Positions 57,927 through 64,000 of a stretch of DNA of 64,000 nt are shown one piece after another (position 1 is the stretch's first letter; every line of letters begins with the position of its first letter). The stretch is from a bacterium (lineage in GTDB: Bacteria > UBA8248): assembly GCA_963692865.2 (NCBI GenBank), contig OY843592.1, positions 1,088,001 through 1,152,000 on the forward strand, in the 5' to 3' direction. Below the pieces are notes generated by a model, which was not told the DNA's origin, did not search any database, and saw nothing but the letters and a program-made list of their open reading frames with translations. Position numbers and translations under genes: made by a program.

Positions 57927-59648
57927 ATGCGCGAGCATCGGCGCATCCGACCCTTCAACATCCGGTTCTGGATAGACGAACGCCCATCGCTGCCCTTGTC
58001 CCTCATGGCGGCCCTCCAGCAGTTGGCCTTGCTCGGATCGATCATGACCGTATCGCTCGTGTTCACGCGCAAGATCGGGCTGAACCCCGCCGACACGGCG
58101 GGCGTCATGTCGTTGACCATGCTGGCGGCGGGAGTCGGCACGGTCATGCAGGCTTTGAACCGGTTTGGCGTCGGGTCCGGGTTGCTCGTGCCCATGCAGG
58201 CGTCCGGCGCCGCGTTTCGGGCCATGCAGGAGGCGGTCGCGCTCGGCGGGCTCGGGCTCGCCTTCGGCATGTGCGCGGCGATTGGGCTCGTGCAGTTGAT
58301 ATTCGGGCGTTTGATGCGGCGCCTCCGCTCTTTTTTCCCGGTGGAAATTGCAGGACTGGCCGTCTTCCTGATTGGCGTGGAACTGAGTTTGATCGGCGTG
58401 GACGGTATCATCGAAGCCGGCGACGTGGGTACCGGAAGGAGCTATGCCGTCAGCGGGCTGACGTTCGGGATCATCGTCGCGATGAGCGTTTGGCTGCATG
58501 GCTTGGGCCAGTCTTTTGCGGTGTTCACCGGTCTGATACTCGGCCAGGCGGCCGCCTGGTGGTTCGGCGAGATACCCGCCGGTGCGTTCGCTATTTTCGA
58601 CGATATCCGCCTGTTCGCCGTTCCGGAAATCGCCCGTTTCGGATGGTCGATGGACTGGCGGTTGCTGCTGGATTTCATGGTCGTCGGCGTAGTGCTTTCC
58701 TGGAACTGCTACGCAATCTCCATCGTCGCTCAACGCAGTTACGATTCGGGCTGGAAGCGGACCGATGTGCCTGCCGTCGAACGTAGCTTGATCGCGGAAG
58801 GAATTACCAACATAGCGGCTTCGCTCATGAACGGCATCGCGCAGACGAGCAGCGGTCCCGGCGTCGGGCTGGCGCAGGCGTCCGGGATCGTCAGCCGCCG
58901 CGTCGCCTATTTTCTGGGCGCATTGTTCGTGGGGATGAGTTTTTTCCCGCCGGTCGTGATGATGTGGAGTATTTTGTCGAGCGCGGTGGTCGGCTCCGTG
59001 CTTCTTTTCGTCGGCTCGTTCGTCCTGGTGACCGGCTTGAAAATCATGACCTCGCGCCTGCTCGACGAGCGGAAGACCTTGATCTTGGGCATCGCCTTCA
59101 TCGGAGGCCTGAAGCATGAATACATCGTGGAGAAGATTGGGCATTGGGAGGTCATGCACGCTGATATCGTGTTCGGCAGCCCGCTGACGACGGCATTGCT
59201 GATCGCAATCGCGCTCAACGCCTTGTTCCTGATTGGCGGCCGCAAGAGGCGGACTCGGGATATTGCGCTCGAAGATGACTGGCCTGAAAAGGTGAACCGG
59301 ATAATCTGGAATCTTGGTCATCAGTGGGGCGGCAGGCCGGAAGTCGTGGCGCACCTCGAAAATGCCGCCAATCAGGTGATCGACGCCATCGTTGACGCCG
59401 CTTTGATCGAAGGCGAGGAAAAAGTCAGGCTGTCGGTGGATTTCGACGATTTCGAATGCGTCCTTCGCATTTTATATTCCGGCAAGAGCCTCAGGATACC
59501 GGATCGCCTCCCCGAACTGGAGGAAATTGTGGAGAGCCCCGATACCGTCCAAGACATAGCGGGGCACCTGATTCGCCGCCTGGCCGACGAAGTCAGCGTG
59601 TCCCATTCAAGCGGCGTTACCGAGGTATCGTTGTGCTTTAGAGAGTGA
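57927..59648 (+). CDS. NCS2 (xanthine/uracil permease) family protein with C-terminal HATPase-like domain
   Basis: ERP..ALQQ, FFPVEIAG and SRRVA motifs; many TM segments; about 130-aa soluble tail ending LIRRLADEV. Confidence 0.75.
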   Translation: MREHRRIRPFNIRFWIDERPSLPLSLMAALQQLALLGSIMTVSLVFTRKIGLNPADTAGVMSLTMLAAGVGTVMQALNRFGVGSGLLVPMQASGAAFRAMQEAVALGGLGLAFGMCAAIGLVQLIFGRLMRRLRSFFPVEIAGLAVFLIGVELSLIGVDGIIEAGDVGTGRSYAVSGLTFGIIVAMSVWLHGLGQSFAVFTGLILGQAAAWWFGEIPAGAFAIFDDIRLFAVPEIARFGWSMDWRLLLDFMVVGVVLSWNCYAISIVAQRSYDSGWKRTDVPAVERSLIAEGITNIAASLMNGIAQTSSGPGVGLAQASGIVSRRVAYFLGALFVGMSFFPPVVMMWSILSSAVVGSVLLFVGSFVLVTGLKIMTSRLLDERKTLILGIAFIGGLKHEYIVEKIGHWEVMHADIVFGSPLTTALLIAIALNALFLIGGRKRRTRDIALEDDWPEKVNRIIWNLGHQWGGRPEVVAHLENAANQVIDAIVDAALIEGEEKVRLSVDFDDFECVLRILYSGKSLRIPDRLPELEEIVESPDTVQDIAGHLIRRLADEVSVSHSSGVTEVSLCFRE

Positions 59649-59720
59649 GGCGTCGGTCGGCAGTGTATTCCGCCTCGCCCGATGCCGACATATGCGCGCC
59701 TCTGGCGGACGTGCAGGAAA

Positions 59721-60470
59721 TCAACCGCCCATGGCGATGCCGCCGTTCACGTCCAGGCAGATGCCCGTGACGTATTCCGCCTCATCTGATGCCAGGAAAA
59801 GCGCGGCGTTCGCCACATCCATTGGCCTGCCCACGCGGCCGAGCGGAATCTGTTTGACTATCTCTTCCTGGCGGGCGGGGAGCCATTCGTCGGTGAGGGG
59901 CGTGGCCGTTGGGCCGGGCGCAATGGCGTTCACGGTGACGCCGTAGGGACCCAGCGTTTTGGCGAGCGAGCGCGTGAGGCCGATGACGCCGGCTTTGGCC
60001 GACGTGTAGGGAATTCCGCCCGCAAAGCCGCCCGAGCGCCATGCGGATGACGAGAGGTTGACGATGCGGCCGTAACGTCTCGCCATCATGTGCTCCGAGA
60101 CGGCGCGGGCGCAGAGGTACTCCCCTTTCAGGTTCACGTCGATCACGGCGTCCCAGTCGTCTTCGGTGTATTCGAGATATGCCTTCTTGGGCGAGATGCC
60201 CGCGTTGTTGATGAGGATGTCGATCTGGCCGAACGCTTTCAGGCAGGATCCGGCCATCTCCTGAACGGCGGCGGAATCGGAAACGTCGGCCTCGCACGCG
60301 AGAACGCCGGGCGCTTGAGCGGAGAGTTCGTTCGAGAGAGTTTCCACGGCTTGGGCGTTTCGGTCGCAGACGAGCAAAGATGCGCCCTCCGCCGCGAAGC
60401 GCCGGGCAATGGCCTCGCCCAGGCCGCTTCCCGCTCCCGTGATGATGGCCGTCTTGTCCTTGAGCCGCAT
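59721..60470 (-). CDS. SDR oxidoreductase (FabG-like)
   Basis: TGAGSGLG, NNAG, YTSAK and NAIAPG motifs. Confidence 0.92.
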   Translation of the reverse strand: MRLKDKTAIITGAGSGLGEAIARRFAAEGASLLVCDRNAQAVETLSNELSAQAPGVLACEADVSDSAAVQEMAGSCLKAFGQIDILINNAGISPKKAYLEYTEDDWDAVIDVNLKGEYLCARAVSEHMMARRYGRIVNLSSSAWRSGGFAGGIPYTSAKAGVIGLTRSLAKTLGPYGVTVNAIAPGPTATPLTDEWLPARQEEIVKQIPLGRVGRPMDVANAALFLASDEAEYVTGICLDVNGGIAMGG

Positions 60471-60483
60471 GTGGAGCTCCTGT

Positions 60484-61260
60484 TCAGAATTGGACGAAGC
60501 CGCCGTCTACGTTGATGGCCTGGCCGGTGATTCCGCACGAGTCGTCGCACGCCAGAAGGAGGGCCAGCGGTGCGCATTCCTCCGAGTCGATGAAGCGCTT
60601 CATCGGCACCCTGTTCCTGAGCTCTTCTGATTGTTCCTCAAAGGTCTTGCCCGTCTCGTCGGCCCATTTCTGGATGCTCTCCTCGAACATTCCCGTGGAG
60701 ACGAAGGTGGGGCAGATGCAGTTCGCCGTGATGCCGAACGGGGCGACTTCGGCGGAGAGCGCTTTGGTGAGGCCCAGGACGGCGTGTTTCGACGCCGCGT
60801 AGGCGCTCCTGTAAGCCAGGCCGATTTTCCCCGAAACGGACGCCACGTTGATGATCTTTCCCGATTTGCGCTCGAGCATCGAGGGCAGAACCTCGCGGAT
60901 GGCTGTGAAGGGCGCCTTGGCGTTGATTTGCATGGTGCGCTCCCACACCGCATCGGGAAGCTCATGCACTGCTTCAAAGCTGACGATGCCGGCGTTGTTC
61001 ACGAGGATGTCGATGGGGCCGAGCGCGTCGACTGTCCTTCGGAGCGAATCGAGGATGTCCTCGTCCTTCATGACGTCGCACGGGCAGACGAGCGCCTTTC
61101 GCCCCATCGCCTCTATCTCTTTTGCGAGCGCTTCGAGTTTATCGACGGAGCGGGCGGCGAGGGCGAGATTCGCTCCCTCTCTAGCGTAGGTGCGCGCGAT
61201 GGCGCCGCCGATGCCGCCCGATGCGCCCGTGATGAATGCGACTTTGCCTTCGAGTTTCAT
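60484..61260 (-). CDS. SDR oxidoreductase
   Basis: TGASGGIG, NNAG and YAASK motifs. Confidence 0.92.
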   Translation of the reverse strand: MKLEGKVAFITGASGGIGGAIARTYAREGANLALAARSVDKLEALAKEIEAMGRKALVCPCDVMKDEDILDSLRRTVDALGPIDILVNNAGIVSFEAVHELPDAVWERTMQINAKAPFTAIREVLPSMLERKSGKIINVASVSGKIGLAYRSAYAASKHAVLGLTKALSAEVAPFGITANCICPTFVSTGMFEESIQKWADETGKTFEEQSEELRNRVPMKRFIDSEECAPLALLLACDDSCGITGQAINVDGGFVQF

Positions 61261-61324
61261 GTTTTCTCCTTGTCAGGTAGTCATTCCCGAAGCTTCGTGC
61301 GTGCTCATCGAGAAAGCGCTTTTC

Positions 61325-62587
61325 TCAGCAAACTTCGCGGACGATGGCCTCGAACTCCTCGTTCCCCAGTTGTCTTTTGCGCCAGCGGATCTCGGTGCGG
61401 ACCCGCTCGACCACGTCCTTTTCCTTCTCCAGCGGGAGGTCGAGGCCCAGCTCCCGCGCCTTGGTGCGCACCGCCCACTCGCCCGAATAATGGCCCAGAA
61501 GATTGTGCATTCCGTTTCCGAACATCCCGGGCTTCATGCACGAATAGGCCCAGAAGCCTTCTTCCGTTTCGGGTACGCAGTAATGCACTTCGACCAGGTG
61601 CGAGAAAGCCGTCTTGCCGACGAAAGGCATGGTGTCCGTCATGGGCCATTTCATGATGTCGGAGACGAGTCTCGATAGTTCATACATTTTCTCGAGCTTA
61701 ATCCCGCAGTCGATGCCGTAGTAGAGCTGGATTACGGCGGCGACTTCCGCCAGTGGCGCGATGTGGGCGCGCTCGCCCAAGCCGTTCACGCAGGCGTCGA
61801 TGAGTTCGGCGCCGCCTTCGAGACCGGCGTACAAGGCGGCGCACGCCAGACCGATGTCGTTGTGGGTGTGAAGGCCGATTTGCGTGCCGGGCAGCAGGCG
61901 CTTCATCTCGCGGACGACGTAGGTGTATACCGGCGTGATCGCCATGCCGTTGATGTCGTCGAGCTTGATCATGTCAGCCCCTGCGTCCACGAGTTTGCCG
62001 CAAACTTCCGCCAGCCGCTCTATCGGGATGCGCGTGCAGTCCTGGATCAGGCAGCCTACTTTCCTGTCGGGGCCGGATTTCTCCCGGGCGTAGGCCACCG
62101 AACCGCAGGCGCGCTCGATGGCCTGCTCGATGGTGATGTTCGGGTCTCCGGCCATCGACTCGAACAGGCACATCTGGTTCGGAGAAAAGGAAAAGCAAAG
62201 GGTCGTGTAGTCCGCGCCGTGTTCCACGTTCAGGTCGACTTCCACCTCGGCGAGTTCGGGATTGAGCACGGCGGTGGGGTGCACGAGGGCTTCTACGATG
62301 AGGTCGGGATAGCGCCGTTTCACCTCCTCCATCTCCTGGGGGTCGTCGTGGTGCATCTGCACCATGCTCACGCCGGCGTCGACGAGCGCGTCGGCGATGC
62401 GGATGACCTCATCGCGCCTCAAGGACACGCCCGGAAGCTGCCTGCCTTCCCTCAGCGTGATATCGCAAAGCTGGAATTTCTCGGGCAGCGTCATCTGCGA
62501 GCGGATTTCCTCGGAGAAGCAGTGCTGCGATATCCGCCAGTTCTCGGTGGTGGGTTCCAAATTGCTGTTCACGGGATAGCCTGGCAT
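61325..62587 (-). CDS. DRE-TIM metallolyase (homocitrate/isopropylmalate-synthase-like, no regulatory domain)
   Basis: DITLREGRQ, HTHNDIG, NGLGERA and VGKTAFSH motifs. Confidence 0.82.
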   Translation of the reverse strand: MPGYPVNSNLEPTTENWRISQHCFSEEIRSQMTLPEKFQLCDITLREGRQLPGVSLRRDEVIRIADALVDAGVSMVQMHHDDPQEMEEVKRRYPDLIVEALVHPTAVLNPELAEVEVDLNVEHGADYTTLCFSFSPNQMCLFESMAGDPNITIEQAIERACGSVAYAREKSGPDRKVGCLIQDCTRIPIERLAEVCGKLVDAGADMIKLDDINGMAITPVYTYVVREMKRLLPGTQIGLHTHNDIGLACAALYAGLEGGAELIDACVNGLGERAHIAPLAEVAAVIQLYYGIDCGIKLEKMYELSRLVSDIMKWPMTDTMPFVGKTAFSHLVEVHYCVPETEEGFWAYSCMKPGMFGNGMHNLLGHYSGEWAVRTKARELGLDLPLEKEKDVVERVRTEIRWRKRQLGNEEFEAIVREVC

Positions 62588-62695
62588 TACAACCTCCTTT
62601 TATGGGATTTCATCGCCGATGCGGGGTCGGCGAAAACGGGAATCTCGAATCAAACTCGTCATTACGCATTCTCGTAAGACAAGTCAAAGCATGTT

Positions 62696-63799
62696 TTATC
62701 CGTCCTTTCGGGGGTCGGGAAGAATCATCGGCTCCACGTCCTTGAGCAGCGGCAAGACCTCGCGTCCAAAAATCTCGGCTTCCTCCAGGTAAGGCCAGCC
62801 GTGCATGATGAAATGCGTTACGCCGGCGTCGATGTATTGGCGGAACTGATTCGCCACCATCTCCGGCGTACCCACGAAGGTGGTGGCCCCGCCTGCGCGC
62901 ACCTTGTTCACGCCCATCCAGATCGTGTCGGTGAGCCAGAGGGATTCGCGCGACGCCATCTCGTTGATGCGCGACTGGCTCGTGGATTCGCTCAGGCGAA
63001 CCGAATCCGCCCAGGTGGCGGTATTGCTGATGTCACTGCCGCTCAGCCAGCCCTCCACCGCGCGCCTCGCTTCTTGTTTGGTCTCCCGCACGCAGACGCA
63101 GTGGCGCACCCCGAATTCGAGGGGGGCTTCGCGCTCGAACTCCTTTTCCAGCATTTTGACCTCTTGAATTTCCTTCGCCACGGTTTCGGGCTCATAGGCG
63201 AAATAGACGTGAACGTCGCCATAGCGCGCTGCGACGCGCTTTCCGCCGGGGGAACTGCCCGCCAGGAAGATGGCGGGATGTGGCTTTGAGAAGCGCTTCG
63301 GCCAGACGTGAGCGTCTTCCAAGTGAAAGAAGCGGCCCTTGAAATTCACAGGCCCTTCTTCCCGCCAGAGGCGGTGCACGATATCCAGAAACTCCTCGGT
63401 AACTTCGTATCTTTCATCGTGAGGCGCGTGGTAGCCGTAGCGCCTCAAGTCCGCGGAGTTCGCGCCCGAGACGACGTTGAGCGACAGGCGGCCTTTCGTG
63501 AAGTAATCGAGCGTGTTCGCCTGCTGGGCGGCGTAGACCGGACCCACCAGGCCGGGGCGGAAGGCGACCAGAAACTTGATTTTCTTCGTTCGGGTCGCCA
63601 GGGCGGAGGCCGTCTGCCAGGCGTCCAGACAGTGTGTGCCCGTCGGAACCAGAATGTTGACGCACCCGGCGTCTTCGGCCGCTTGCGCGACACGGGCCAG
63701 ATAATCCAGCGTGGCGGGACGCTCGGGGGCGGCGGGGTTGATTTGATGGCCATCGCCCGCGTTGAACGAGCATAAAGCCCAATGAAACTGAACGGCCAA
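62696..63799 (-). CDS. Luciferase-like (LLM) flavin-dependent monooxygenase, SsuD-like
   Basis: LVPTG, FLVAFRPG, GRLSLNVVSG, HDERY and VGTPE motifs; AGGAG before TTG 63799. Confidence 0.88.
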   Translation of the reverse strand: MAVQFHWALCSFNAGDGHQINPAAPERPATLDYLARVAQAAEDAGCVNILVPTGTHCLDAWQTASALATRTKKIKFLVAFRPGLVGPVYAAQQANTLDYFTKGRLSLNVVSGANSADLRRYGYHAPHDERYEVTEEFLDIVHRLWREEGPVNFKGRFFHLEDAHVWPKRFSKPHPAIFLAGSSPGGKRVAARYGDVHVYFAYEPETVAKEIQEVKMLEKEFEREAPLEFGVRHCVCVRETKQEARRAVEGWLSGSDISNTATWADSVRLSESTSQSRINEMASRESLWLTDTIWMGVNKVRAGGATTFVGTPEMVANQFRQYIDAGVTHFIMHGWPYLEEAEIFGREVLPLLKDVEPMILPDPRKDG

Positions 63800-64000
63800 G
63801 TCTGCTCCTGTGTCTGGAATGCGCGCCGGATTCGTCCAATGCCTCGAACGGAAAGGCCGCTGCCAAGTAGGAATCCGGCGCTTTTCGCTCTGGATATTAC
63901 ACCATCGCCAATCCCCCAAAAATGCGAGGAGAACTCGAAGCGCCCAACAGGCGGCAGGTCAGAGAAGACGTGTGCGGCGTGGGCGCCCGATTTGGTGCTT

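Overview
High-GC bacterial window with no integrase, transposase or CRISPR array. 1-21.5 kb: two respiratory complex I operons back to back. The first is nuo(E)FGHIJKLMN, cut off at its 5' end by the window edge. The second is nuoABCDHJKLMN; it has no nuoE/F/G or nuoI, and its NuoL carries an exact 26-residue duplication in the amphipathic helix, as in '2M' complexes, although the operon has only one nuoM. 22-27.6 kb: Tat-exported dipeptide/oligopeptide-type ABC transporter. 27.6-32 kb: a candidate sigma54-driven small RNA, HAD and PurM/HypE-like genes, tRNA-Phe, and a DinB-like gene followed by an OsmC-like gene whose catalytic Cys codon is an in-frame UGA with a SECIS-like hairpin (probable selenoprotein, split in two by the ORF track). 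A 49-bp inverted near-duplicate brackets this block. 32-35.8 kb: an orphan xanthine-dehydrogenase-family Mo subunit between nested MITE/REP mosaics with 5-bp target duplications. 35.9-42 kb: MMPL - MpaB/Lcp-like oxygenase - MMPL, with traces of a tandem duplication. 42-64 kb: a branched-chain-type ABC transporter and several small-molecule catabolic or biosynthetic operons of unknown substrate. All calls come from reading motifs by eye; no database search was run.
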